This document shows, piece after piece, positions 1 to 8,488 of a stretch of DNA of 41,444 nt. The notes below the pieces were generated by a model. The model was given only the letters and a program-made list of their open reading frames with translations, had not been told where the DNA came from and did not search any database. The DNA comes from a virus (Duplodnaviria; Heunggongvirae; Uroviricota; Caudoviricetes). Position 1 is the first letter of the stretch. Each line of letters opens with the position of its first letter. The DNA lies in the IMG/VR virus record IMGVR_UViG_2563366870_000005; one strand, written 5' to 3'. The position numbers and the translations under genes were made by a program.

Positions 1-555
1 TCATTTATCTCCGACCGGAAACCTCTTATACAAAGTCGATATGCCAACATCATAGATGATCGCCACCTTCTGGCGAGGAACTCCTGATGCAATTAATCGT
101 CCGGCCTGTGCCCATTGTTCTGGTGTAAGTTTGGGACGTCGTCCACCAATTCGTCCCTGTGCGCGAGCAGCTTCCAGGCCAGCTTTTGTTCGTTCAACAA
201 TCAGTTCTCGTTCCATTTCAGCCAGGGCACCCATCACATGAAAGAAAAAACGCCCCATCGGTGTGCTGGTATCAATAGCATCCGTCAGGCTGCGAAAATT
301 AACGCCACGTTCGCGCAACTCCTCAACCAGAATGACCAGATGCCGCATACTACGCCCCAGCCGATCCAGCTTCCAGACCACCAGCGTATCACCTGCCGAT
401 AATGTCCTGAGCAGTTTTTTCAGTCCAGGCCTTTCGGACTTTGTACCGCTTATCTTGTCTTCAAAAATCAGCTCGCATCCTGCACAGTTCAGCGCATTAC
501 GTTGTAGATCTGTGTTCTGGTCATTTGTTGACACACGTACATAGCCAATAAGCAT
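1..555 (-). CDS. pin: DNA invertase (Hin/Gin/Pin-family serine recombinase)
   Basis: Translation from ATG 553-555 begins MLIGYVRVSTNDQNTDLQ, the conserved N-terminus and catalytic-Ser region of Gin/Hin/Pin invertases, with a C-terminal HTH; SD GGGGGAG ~6 nt upstream; stop TGA at 1-3. Track ORF 1..591 is an in-frame upstream extension. Confidence 0.9.
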   Translation of the reverse strand: MLIGYVRVSTNDQNTDLQRNALNCAGCELIFEDKISGTKSERPGLKKLLRTLSAGDTLVVWKLDRLGRSMRHLVILVEELRERGVNFRSLTDAIDTSTPMGRFFFHVMGALAEMERELIVERTKAGLEAARAQGRIGGRRPKLTPEQWAQAGRLIASGVPRQKVAIIYDVGISTLYKRFPVGDK

Positions 556-609
556 GGTAGCTCCCCCTGACAAAAGCAGGAATGATGCCATTTGCTCGTT
601 ATTTCTGCA

Positions 610-635
610 TTTTCATAAACGTTGGTTTGGGAGAA
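610..635. other. Inversion crossover site, left (hix/gix-like, 12-2-12 architecture)
   Basis: Inner half-site 624-635 and core TT 622-623 are identical (as reverse complement) to the right site; outer half-site 610-621 is an imperfect copy (about 8/12). Lies ~55 nt upstream of the invertase start. Confidence 0.65.
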
Positions 636-2519
636 GCGGCAAAACGAAATGTGGGTACAGTGGTATAGCAGACCCCGGATATGCCAGCATTTGCAATTGA
701 TTCGTGGTCCTTTAGGCTATTATGTAAGTTTATTGGTGAGAAATTCACTTCTACAGAATACCCTGTGCTCGTGAACGTGGTTCCCTCGCTTGCACTACCT
801 GCCGATCAGCCGGTTTTTATAGGCATCGGGGAGGACGGTCCCGTGATTGCAGACCGACCGAATCTTGCTCCGGGGGAATCGTCTGCAATTTTTGAACATG
901 TACGTAATATGGCATTGCGTGCGGGAGCCGGTCTTGCCGCAGGGAGATCCAGAGACAGTTTAAATCCAGGAGGACGGTCAAAAGATGATGTCTATGGTCT
1001 AGGCCGAACAGAATGACTCTGTCCTAAGGTAGCTTCATCTCTCTGAGCACGTATCTCTCGTATGGCCCAACGATGTGGTCGAAATAGTGGACATTGATGT
1101 CGCCGAATTTATGAAGGAAGTACCGCAAGGAAATTACAGATGTGTCATCAACAGTGAAACCGGTTTTAGTTAAAAACGGCCGGCCTATAACGAGGGACAA
1201 TTTGCCTTAGCCTTACTAGAAAAGCGGCAATTATTAAATTAGCGCCTGGTATAATGAATATGTAAACACTGGCGTAGTAATGCGGCCATGTGCCGCCTGT
1301 AAGGTGCCGAGCTGACACATTCCGGGAAGTGGCGCGATATTCTCGGGTCAGTGATGGAGGCCGAAACTTGAGGTTCGCCAGATAACGATTGGCCCAAGCG
1401 AAAGGGACTCCAGGCTAGAAGAGGATCATAGCTGTGCTATTATAGGTTGTCATCTCCGCGTTTAAACATTCCCGCACAACGTTAAATCGGATGGTGTCTA
1501 GTGGGTTCCGGATACCGAGGCACAGTATAGCCCGTTGGAACAGGCGGCAGGAAGCCAGTGCAGGACGATGCATGATCTGGCGCTGTCTTCCAGCCGTCTG
1601 TATTGCCTCAATATACTGGGCGTCCGTAACCTGCCGCAACTTGACAACACCCGATTTAACGCTTTGCGGTAATAGATAAAGCGTGAGACAACCATAGTTG
1701 CCGGCACAGATCTGATCCTCAGTAACAGTGGAGCCATTGAGAGGTAAGCCAACGATCTCCTTGCGAAGCGCTTCTTTAGAGCTGCACCACTGACTCCTAA
1801 TTACACACCCACATCCCATAATGCTCCAGCTCCTGTCAATTCCAGCGGCAAAGGGGGGCTTACTTAGGCCAGTGTTTATTTTTTCATTAGTCGAGCACGT
1901 GTATAAACACGTGACGCTTTTACAATTAGGCTGACGCAAATTGCCCCTCGCGGTAGGGAGCTCGATTACATATAAATGAAGTCTCTCTATCGAGCCCTCC
2001 CCAGAATGTTAATTCCGATACTTCCTTGATAAGTTTGTCTACCTCAATGTCGTCTATTTTGATTATATCGCCGGGCCATACGCCAGATAAGTGCTAAGCG
2101 ATATGAAGCTCCATAGAGAACAAGGTCTTTCTTTTTAACTAGTAAATAGATATCTTCTTTAGCCCGTCTTATCGAGTTTTATCCTTATCTGGAATTTTGT
2201 GCGACAACACTGTTTCCCGTACACCATGCTAAATTACTGGCATGTTCAAAAATTGTGGATAATACCTCCGGAAGTGGATTACGCGGGACTTCAAGAACGC
2301 CATCATACATCACAATAAGTATGAACTCCGCCCGATCGTGAAATAATATAGGGGCCTGTAAACCTATAGACCGCGTAGGGTAACCAGAGACAGTGACATA
2401 CTGACCAATGTACCCCAATAACAGCATAAACGATCCAGTGTCAGATGCGGTAGTTGGCATTGCGGCTAACGGCCTGACCAACGTTCCCACATTTCGTTTT
2501 GCCGCTTCTCCCAAACCAA
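622..2519. other. Invertible DNA segment (~1.9 kb) bounded by 34-bp perfect inverted repeats
   Basis: 622-655 is the exact reverse complement of 2486-2519; identity starts at the putative core dinucleotide and extends inward, as in Gin/Hin/Pin systems; adjacent to invertase gene and tail-fibre gene. Confidence 0.65.
656..1016 (+). pseudogene. Silent alternative tail-fibre C-terminal cassette (opposite orientation), apparently disrupted
   Basis: Plus-strand frame entering from the left crossover site (codons from 624) is the frame the fibre would use after inversion; it hits TAG at 666-668, then ORF 681..1016 in the same frame encodes a sequence recognisably similar to the current fibre C-terminus (DxxSF, LLxxFIGxxxTxxxYP, IFEH). 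Confidence 0.35.
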
Positions 2520-2856
2520 GGTTTTCGAGAGCCGTTTTCACCGTGCCATCCGATTTGATATCGCCAAACGGATTCTTGCGGCTCAGATATTCAACAGCAA
2601 ACCCCGATCCCAGCAATTCAACAAAACCGGGCAGATCACCATTATCAAGCACATCCCGTTGCGTTTTATCACTTACAAACTGGGCCAGAGCTGCAGCAAT
2701 AAAGCTGGCCTGCCGAATAACCTTATTGACTTGCGCACTGGATGCTTTCCCTGCTGTAAATCCGGATAAAAGCGCAGGCAACGCTTCCCATTCCTCCTGC
2801 GACATAACATTGGCATTTTTACCCGTTGCGAATGCTTTAAAGTCATTTTTTGCCAT
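2185..2856 (-). CDS. Tail fibre protein; constant N-terminal part outside and variable C-terminal ~110 aa inside the invertible segment
   Basis: ORF crosses the right crossover site; ATG at 2854-2856 overlaps the upstream stop (TGATG); position immediately after baseplate wedge genes and next to the invertible segment. Confidence 0.55.
   Translation of the reverse strand: MAKNDFKAFATGKNANVMSQEEWEALPALLSGFTAGKASSAQVNKVIRQASFIAAALAQFVSDKTQRDVLDNGDLPGFVELLGSGFAVEYLSRKNPFGDIKSDGTVKTALENLGLGEAAKRNVGTLVRPLAAMPTTASDTGSFMLLLGYIGQYVTVSGYPTRSIGLQAPILFHDRAEFILIVMYDGVLEVPRNPLPEVLSTIFEHASNLAWCTGNSVVAQNSR
2506..2531. other. Inversion crossover site, right (hix/gix-like)
   Basis: TTCTCCCAAACC-AA-GGTTTTCGAGAG: two 12-nt half-sites in inverted orientation (about 9/12 match) around a 2-nt core; resembles hix/gix sites; lies inside the tail-fibre coding sequence. 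Confidence 0.65.
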
Positions 2857-3536
2857 CAGAGTAATACTCCCCATGCCCCTACATCAAAACCACTGATGAA
2901 TTCGTTATCCATATCAAAACCAAAAAATTTTGAACCTTCCGATGGGGTTTCCACCGAAGGTGTTTCAATGCCACCCGCCCACACCCCGGCGGCTTTTACT
3001 GTGAGATATCCCTGTTTAATTGCAGCAATTAACTCACGCGATACATCTGAAATATCAGTATCAGGAAAGACCCAGACCGATATCGTCATGTCCTGGTTAT
3101 CGACAATCTGCATTCGCAGCCCGGAGCCTGCTGTCGCCGCGTCAAGAATTGCTGGAAGAGAATCATTCCGTCCGTCCCAGTTATTAATCGCAATCTTCGC
3201 TTTAAGAATGACACGATAAGTTTCATCGCTGAGATACATGTATCCTGAATCAGGATCGTATGGTCCCTGCCATACACCCTGATCATATCCAAGCCCGTCG
3301 GTATCCCAGCTGAAATAAACACCTGAGATAGGCTGGCTGACAACACGGCTACGCCCGATCCACAATCCCAGAATGTCAAGTTGCACACCAACGGCAGAGT
3401 CAATATCAAATGCAGTAATCAGCCCTCTGGTGGCCACCGCAACATCAATAAGCGGCCGGGTCATCAGATCAACATGTGCAAGAAATTTAGGTTTGGTGGC
3501 GTGGTAGTTCGTGATTAGTTCGGTGTATTTGCTCAT
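2856..3536 (-). CDS. Baseplate wedge/tail protein (P2 gpI / Mu gp48-like position)
   Basis: 226-aa ORF, ATGA start/stop overlap with the upstream J-like gene; position between J-like protein and tail fibre. Confidence 0.55.
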   Translation of the reverse strand: MSKYTELITNYHATKPKFLAHVDLMTRPLIDVAVATRGLITAFDIDSAVGVQLDILGLWIGRSRVVSQPISGVYFSWDTDGLGYDQGVWQGPYDPDSGYMYLSDETYRVILKAKIAINNWDGRNDSLPAILDAATAGSGLRMQIVDNQDMTISVWVFPDTDISDVSRELIAAIKQGYLTVKAAGVWAGGIETPSVETPSEGSKFFGFDMDNEFISGFDVGAWGVLL

Positions 3537-4732
3537 GACTCCACCGTTATAACGATATTTTCTGGGGTACAGGACGCAGATTCGTTGTATCTGATATCAA
3601 TGTTTGATGACGACAAAGCCCCCGGGGATTTCCCAATCGTCAGTTCCTGAATATCGTAATAGCGTGCATTCCCGCCACTCACCACGCCAAGATTCGCCGG
3701 TGAGTAAATGCGACTTAAAAGGACCGAATCACCAATCATCAGACTATTGATATAGTCGGAAATAGCCTGCTGGATCTGCTGCCCTATCTGTGATGTATAA
3801 CCCGTAAAAACTTTTAATTTAATCCGGGCATAAACAGGCACATCACTGGAACGCGAGAATTTGATTACATGGGGATTGCCGTATTTATCCGGAACCGTAA
3901 CAGATGTTGTACCGTGAGTGGCTGTCCCCTGGCCTTTATTCCCTCTGATAGCCTGAGCAATATCCGTCACATCACCGCCATCCACAATTACAGCAACAGA
4001 GTGTGGCGGTAACCCGTTACCGTCCTCCGAACCAGTATCGTTTTCATAGAGTTTGTGGCGGGTTACACCGGCAACATTAGAAACAGCGCCATCCAATGTT
4101 TCAAATGGGGTTATTGATGGCAACGCAACACTTTGCGACTGGCGAATACGTAACTCAGCGTCAGTTTCTGCTGGAGTGCCCACAGTAGCCGCAGCAGGAT
4201 TGGTTACCGAAACCCAGCCACGGGTTGGCGTATTAATTTCAGTGATAGTTCCAGCCAGCGCCGCCACTGCACCACTGACGGAACATGTTGCAGTCACCAT
4301 CACTGTACCATCCACGCCGACCACCACTGAAGCAGGCAAACGCCATATCACATTATTACTGTCTTTCACACTGCCATTAATGATGGTTGTTCCGGCAGTT
4401 CCTGTAAGAAGCAAATCAACCGTAGAATTCGTCGCGCCTTTACGTGAAATACCATTTATTTTCACGTTACTGGTCAGTGCAGCCCCATAGCCGGTTGCCG
4501 GTGAAAAACAGTTGTAGACAGTTATCGCCATATTATTGGCATCATGAATCGCCAGCGCCATCAGAGCCACCATCTGGCCGTCTTTGCTGTCCGGTTCGAG
4601 GTAGGCATCACTGCCATAAATCTGCTGAAAATAGCTAATCAGGGTGCTGAGTATCGTCTGATAATCAGGCGCACTGATCCCCTCCGCGGTTACCTTTGCA
4701 GATAAACCGAGAGAATCAAGGTTCAGAGCCAT
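3533..4732 (-). CDS. Baseplate J-like protein (P2 gpJ / Mu gp47-like)
   Basis: 399-aa ORF translationally coupled to flanking baseplate genes; size and order W-J-I typical of contractile-tail baseplates. Confidence 0.65.
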   Translation of the reverse strand: MALNLDSLGLSAKVTAEGISAPDYQTILSTLISYFQQIYGSDAYLEPDSKDGQMVALMALAIHDANNMAITVYNCFSPATGYGAALTSNVKINGISRKGATNSTVDLLLTGTAGTTIINGSVKDSNNVIWRLPASVVVGVDGTVMVTATCSVSGAVAALAGTITEINTPTRGWVSVTNPAAATVGTPAETDAELRIRQSQSVALPSITPFETLDGAVSNVAGVTRHKLYENDTGSEDGNGLPPHSVAVIVDGGDVTDIAQAIRGNKGQGTATHGTTSVTVPDKYGNPHVIKFSRSSDVPVYARIKLKVFTGYTSQIGQQIQQAISDYINSLMIGDSVLLSRIYSPANLGVVSGGNARYYDIQELTIGKSPGALSSSNIDIRYNESASCTPENIVITVES

Positions 4733-5085
4733 TACGCCTCCGATGTAACAGTCGTTATTCCATAAAGAGTGTCGATTTCAGCGGAAAACATGACACGTCG
4801 GGTCGTGGTATCCACTGTCGTATTGAAAGAGAGGATTGATTTAACGCCCCGCGTTTCGAGGATGCGCTTACGGATCGCCAGGTTGTAGGTTTCCGGCTTC
4901 TGCTTACCGAGCACGGACTGGATCCACGGAGTCCCTTCGGTGGTGTCGAGAAACCATTGCCCATACCACAATTCGAATCGCGTTTTCACAGCCTGTGCTA
5001 CGGCCTCAGGCGAGTTAATCAGCCAGGTGTCATCACCGCTGCCAAAGGTGTAATCGCCATCGGCGTCTTCACGTCTGTATCGCAT
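4732..5085 (-). CDS. Baseplate protein (P2 gpW / gp25-like)
   Basis: 117-aa ORF between spike and J-like genes; stop/start overlaps on both sides. Confidence 0.6.
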   Translation of the reverse strand: MRYRREDADGDYTFGSGDDTWLINSPEAVAQAVKTRFELWYGQWFLDTTEGTPWIQSVLGKQKPETYNLAIRKRILETRGVKSILSFNTTVDTTTRRVMFSAEIDTLYGITTVTSEA

Positions 5086-5837
5086 CAGTTTACCCCATCG
5101 GTATTGCTTCCACCGCGCTGAACACCGCCATGAGTGTGCGTATCATCGATTGGCTTGCCGTTAGCCTTAACGCTCCCCAAGAACTCAACAGCACCAGTGA
5201 TTTTTGAAGCCACACCAGAAACCACAGACCCCACCATGCCCCCCAACCAGGTTAACAGGCCATGAATGGTTACTTTCTCAGAAAAATCAGCCAGAGGGGC
5301 AACCACATCAAGACCACCCGGAGCGACAATTTTAATTTTCCTGGTATCAGGATTAAGCTCAAAATAGGTGCTGCCGTCGTCACTACGCAACTGTGTGGCA
5401 CTGGTATTAATACCGCTAATCTTCCTCGCCTGCGACTGGGGACCGACAATACAAAACGCATCCGATAAATCATGCATTCTGTCATCGACCGGCTCCTGTA
5501 TCCCACCGCTCTGCCACCAGAAATCAATACAACGATCGGCAAAAACGACAAGACACTCATCCCCGGCTTTAACCGGAAAAGTCAACGTACAGCCTCCACC
5601 GCGCGGAAATACCACTGGCACATCCACCAGCAACGGGTAATTTTTGGTAATGCGGTTACCGTCGTTATCCTTTTCAACCGAACGAATAGCTGGCTGCACA
5701 ACCGCCGTCACCGCGTCGGGCTCGAATGACTGAACAATGCCAGGCAAGGCGACACGGATCTGGTTCTTTGTTGTTTCCCGTTCAGATTTGAATGTTTCGG
5801 CAAGGTCGCCGCTGCGGGTCTGGTCAGATACTGCCAT
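5085..5837 (-). CDS. Baseplate spike/assembly protein (P2 gpV / Mu gp45-like)
   Basis: 250-aa ORF with Gly-rich C-terminal region; first gene of the V-W-J-I block. Confidence 0.6.
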   Translation of the reverse strand: MAVSDQTRSGDLAETFKSERETTKNQIRVALPGIVQSFEPDAVTAVVQPAIRSVEKDNDGNRITKNYPLLVDVPVVFPRGGGCTLTFPVKAGDECLVVFADRCIDFWWQSGGIQEPVDDRMHDLSDAFCIVGPQSQARKISGINTSATQLRSDDGSTYFELNPDTRKIKIVAPGGLDVVAPLADFSEKVTIHGLLTWLGGMVGSVVSGVASKITGAVEFLGSVKANGKPIDDTHTHGGVQRGGSNTDGVN

Positions 5838-5854
5838 TTAGTAGGCTCCAGAAA

Positions 5855-5880
5855 GCAAAAAACCCGCCGGGTGGCGGGTT
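5855..5880 (-). terminator. Rho-independent terminator downstream of the moron pair
   Basis: On the minus strand a 7-bp GC-rich stem (ACCCGCC/GGCGGGT, 4-nt loop) is followed by TTTTTT; sits between the stop of the 79-aa gene (5897) and the spike gene start (5837). Confidence 0.7.
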
Positions 5881-5896
5881 CATTATTGAAGTTTCA

Positions 5897-6136
5897 TTAC
5901 TGCTTGTTTGCTTCTAACGCTTCAGCTATTCGGCGAAGATACTCATTGTTTTTAAATGAAACCATGATGCACTCAAAGAATATTCGGCAAAATACAGCAC
6001 ATAACAAAAGCACTAAAGCGCCAGCAGCCTTCCCATTAACAAACGTTATAATGGCGGCAACAACCAGAAGTAACATTGTGATGCCATACAGAACGTTGAT
6101 GATTTTTGGAGTTATTAATTTATCAAATCCGAACAT
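5897..6136 (-). CDS. Small membrane protein (two predicted TM helices), moron
   Basis: 79-aa ORF with two hydrophobic stretches; ATG 6134-6136 with SD AAGGAA; AT-rich compared with flanking tail genes; own candidate promoter and terminator. Confidence 0.6.
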   Translation of the reverse strand: MFGFDKLITPKIINVLYGITMLLLVVAAIITFVNGKAAGALVLLLCAVFCRIFFECIMVSFKNNEYLRRIAEALEANKQ

Positions 6137-6172
6137 GCGACAAATTCCTTATCGTGAAAGTAGAAGTATCAC

Positions 6173-6200
6173 ATTATAATTACGAGTGATTAATCAACAA
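6173..6200 (-). promoter_or_regulatory. Candidate sigma70 promoter for the small membrane-protein gene
   Basis: Minus strand: -35-like TTGTTG (6195-6200), 16-nt spacer, perfect -10 TATAAT (6173-6178), ~40 nt upstream of the ATG at 6136. Confidence 0.4.
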
Positions 6201-6531
6201 TCTTTTTGCATGGAAAGGAACCGATGATTTTCGGCGCATCCATGCTGTTCTGCAGCAGTTGCACATTCAGGAATCGCGTTTCGGTACCAGGGCGACGAAT
6301 GTATTCAAAGCCGTAGTTGTTACCGTCTTTGGCAGGCATAATCCCCATGTCTACTTTCAAACCATTGGTACCCAGTTCGGTGATTTTTTGAGAGGTAACT
6401 CTTTCACCGTTGATTGTCGATAACTCGCCCTGGTTTGCAACCATAGTGTAGCCACCGCATTTAACCGTGAAGCCATCCGCCCACGCGCTGCACGCAGAAA
6501 AGACAGCTAACAGAAAAATGATACCCCTCAT
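6190..6531 (-). CDS. Secreted protein / possible lipoprotein, moron
   Basis: 113-aa ORF with N-terminal signal peptide (MRGIIFLLAVFSACSAWA) containing a lipobox-like FSAC and an AWA cleavage motif; SD AAGGGG; AT-rich; embedded between baseplate genes. Confidence 0.6.
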   Translation of the reverse strand: MRGIIFLLAVFSACSAWADGFTVKCGGYTMVANQGELSTINGERVTSQKITELGTNGLKVDMGIMPAKDGNNYGFEYIRRPGTETRFLNVQLLQNSMDAPKIIGSFPCKKIVD

Positions 6532-6534
6532 TGC

Positions 6535-7596
6535 TCATCCCCTTTGCAAAGCCGATTGCGTATACAGATCCGCCGCGCCACGCGCTTCGCACATCATATC
6601 CATGTACCACGCCTGGCCCCTTGTGTCGCCAGTGTACATAATCCCGCGCACAATATAAACGCCATCCGTTGCGATGCTGGCAGGCTGTGATGTGGTGCCG
6701 CTGAGCGTAATATTTCCGTCCGTGTTCTGGTCGGTGATCTGCCCACCAGCCATAGCGATATCGTTGTTCGACAACGCGGTGCGATATACAGAAGCCTGAT
6801 CCAGTTGAATGAGCCCGTTAACCCGGATGTTCGGATTAATGAGCGCACGGACGTTTACGCCGTTACCGATAGTCTGCTGCGGCATGCCAATAAGCCCGGT
6901 AGCGCTGTTGAGCACAATCGCTTCATGAACATATTCGTTATTCGCCACCATCTGGCGCTGACCGTCCACGAATTGCCATGTTGCGCCACATTGCCCGGCT
7001 ACGTTATCCATTAGATGCCGCGTCATGCCAAAGAGTACCCGCCCCCGGGGGAATACAGTAGCAGGCATTTCAGGCGTCAGGCCTTCGGTCGCGCCTTTGG
7101 CTTCGAAGTCTTTCATCAGCGCACGGTTCACATCAGCGACCGTGTAACCGGCAGCCAGCGTCTGTGAGGTTATACTGGTGGCAAAAGCCAAATCAGTATC
7201 TGCTGCCTGAATCAGGACGTAGGAATCAACCGGACTGTCTTTTCCTGTAACCGAGTAGCGAATTTCACCGCTGAAAATTAGTCCGTAGTTGCGGCCATCA
7301 CTCTGGCCCACGTCCGCCGCATCAACCTCCCGCACGATCCCGACGTCGCTTGCCGACACCTCCGGCGCGATACCGTCGTAACCCGCAATCAGACGCACTT
7401 TCGAAAACTCCTGCCCGGTGATTCGGTTCACAGTATCTGCCGAGAGGTTATAAATTTTGATAGTCCCTACCCGGGACGCACTGCTGATGTTGAACCAGTC
7501 GATCGTAAAGGTGACTTTAAAATCACTTAGCTCAATTCCCTGACCGTTCCCGTCCACAAGCTGCAGCTCGAAATGTCTCATCCAGTTCTGTGACAT
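6535..7596 (-). CDS. Baseplate hub / tail protein (Mu gp44 / P2 gpD-like position)
   Basis: Large ORF after the tape measure block; preferred start ATG 7594-7596 (MSQNWMRH) with GGAG 5 nt upstream and 2 nt after the upstream stop; track start 7629 is TTG. Confidence 0.5.
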   Translation of the reverse strand: MSQNWMRHFELQLVDGNGQGIELSDFKVTFTIDWFNISSASRVGTIKIYNLSADTVNRITGQEFSKVRLIAGYDGIAPEVSASDVGIVREVDAADVGQSDGRNYGLIFSGEIRYSVTGKDSPVDSYVLIQAADTDLAFATSITSQTLAAGYTVADVNRALMKDFEAKGATEGLTPEMPATVFPRGRVLFGMTRHLMDNVAGQCGATWQFVDGQRQMVANNEYVHEAIVLNSATGLIGMPQQTIGNGVNVRALINPNIRVNGLIQLDQASVYRTALSNNDIAMAGGQITDQNTDGNITLSGTTSQPASIATDGVYIVRGIMYTGDTRGQAWYMDMMCEARGAADLYTQSALQRG

Positions 7597-7598
7597 GC

Positions 7599-7901
7599 TT
7601 ACTCCGTTGATACCAGTAAATGGCTGCAACTGCCCAGGTCAGTTTTCGTGGGATAATCCTGTGTGTTGTCATCGCAGACCACCAACAGCTTAAAACCAAG
7701 CCCCATACAGGCGTACTGCGCCAGCAGATCAGCGCCAGTGACGAGAGGAATACCGGAGATTACCGGCTCCCCTCTGTCATTCTGCAGGTCCATAATCCAG
7801 TACAGATCGCGCCATATGATGCTAATCCGCCAGGTGACACCGCCCAGGACGATGCTGAACTGCTGGTTGTCCGCTGTCAGCGGAATTTCCTGAATTGTCA
7901 T
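7599..7901 (-). CDS. Tail protein (small, baseplate-associated)
   Basis: 100-aa ORF, ATG 7899-7901 overlapping the stop of the upstream gene; within the tail operon. Confidence 0.5.
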   Translation of the reverse strand: MTIQEIPLTADNQQFSIVLGGVTWRISIIWRDLYWIMDLQNDRGEPVISGIPLVTGADLLAQYACMGLGFKLLVVCDDNTQDYPTKTDLGSCSHLLVSTE

Positions 7902-8488
7902 TAGCCGCCTCCCAGTAATGACGCCACGTTACCCGTAATGCTTTTCAGCAGTGAAGTATCTGGAGGCTTTGTGGTTTTGTTGCCGCTATTCTGTACCGCC
8001 GACGTGCTGGCCCCTTCCTTCATGTTGGTTTTATCCGCGACGGTAATCTGCTGTGTCCGGGAGATAAGGACCTCCCTCAGGGTAAGGACGGCGGACAGGA
8101 CATTTTCGGTTGTCTTGTCCGTCGTCACTTCCAGCGCCCGGATCAACATGTTGCTGTACAGCCGTTTACCGGTTACCACATCGAAGGGGATACGGCTTTC
8201 CTGCAAATCCAGTAGCTCCTGATACGTCTGCTGAGGACTCAGGCCGAGCAGGCTGGTAGCCGTCAGGTTACTGGCAAAATCCAGCAATGTGCCGCCACCG
8301 GCGAAACCAACCTCCATCACCACTTCTGACGGTTTTTTATAGGCATGATCAGCGACAGCAGCCCCGACCTCTACCGGATGCTCGGTTATTTCAAGCATAT
8401 CTGTATGCTTCTCTGAAATAACAACACTGGGAACAATCATTCCTATTTTTCTGCTCTGCTGATGAAAAAGTGTAGAGAGAATATCCAC
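7901..8488 (-). CDS. Tail protein following the tape measure
   Basis: 195-aa ORF starting with GTG 8486-8488 overlapping the tape-measure stop; function by position only. Confidence 0.45.
   Translation of the reverse strand: MDILSTLFHQQSRKIGMIVPSVVISEKHTDMLEITEHPVEVGAAVADHAYKKPSEVVMEVGFAGGGTLLDFASNLTATSLLGLSPQQTYQELLDLQESRIPFDVVTGKRLYSNMLIRALEVTTDKTTENVLSAVLTLREVLISRTQQITVADKTNMKEGASTSAVQNSGNKTTKPPDTSLLKSITGNVASLLGGG

Noticed and set aside
1415-1939. ORF 1415..1939 (-) as the tail-fibre assembly chaperone
   Set aside because: Right size and strand, but the translation is Cys-rich and atypical, there is a 245-bp gap to the fibre stop, and no SD or coupling; kept as an open question, not a feature.
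656-2487. Diversity-generating retroelement (template/variable repeat pair) acting on the tail fibre
   Set aside because: The two related copies are inverted and bounded by hix/gix-like sites next to an invertase, and no reverse transcriptase gene is present.
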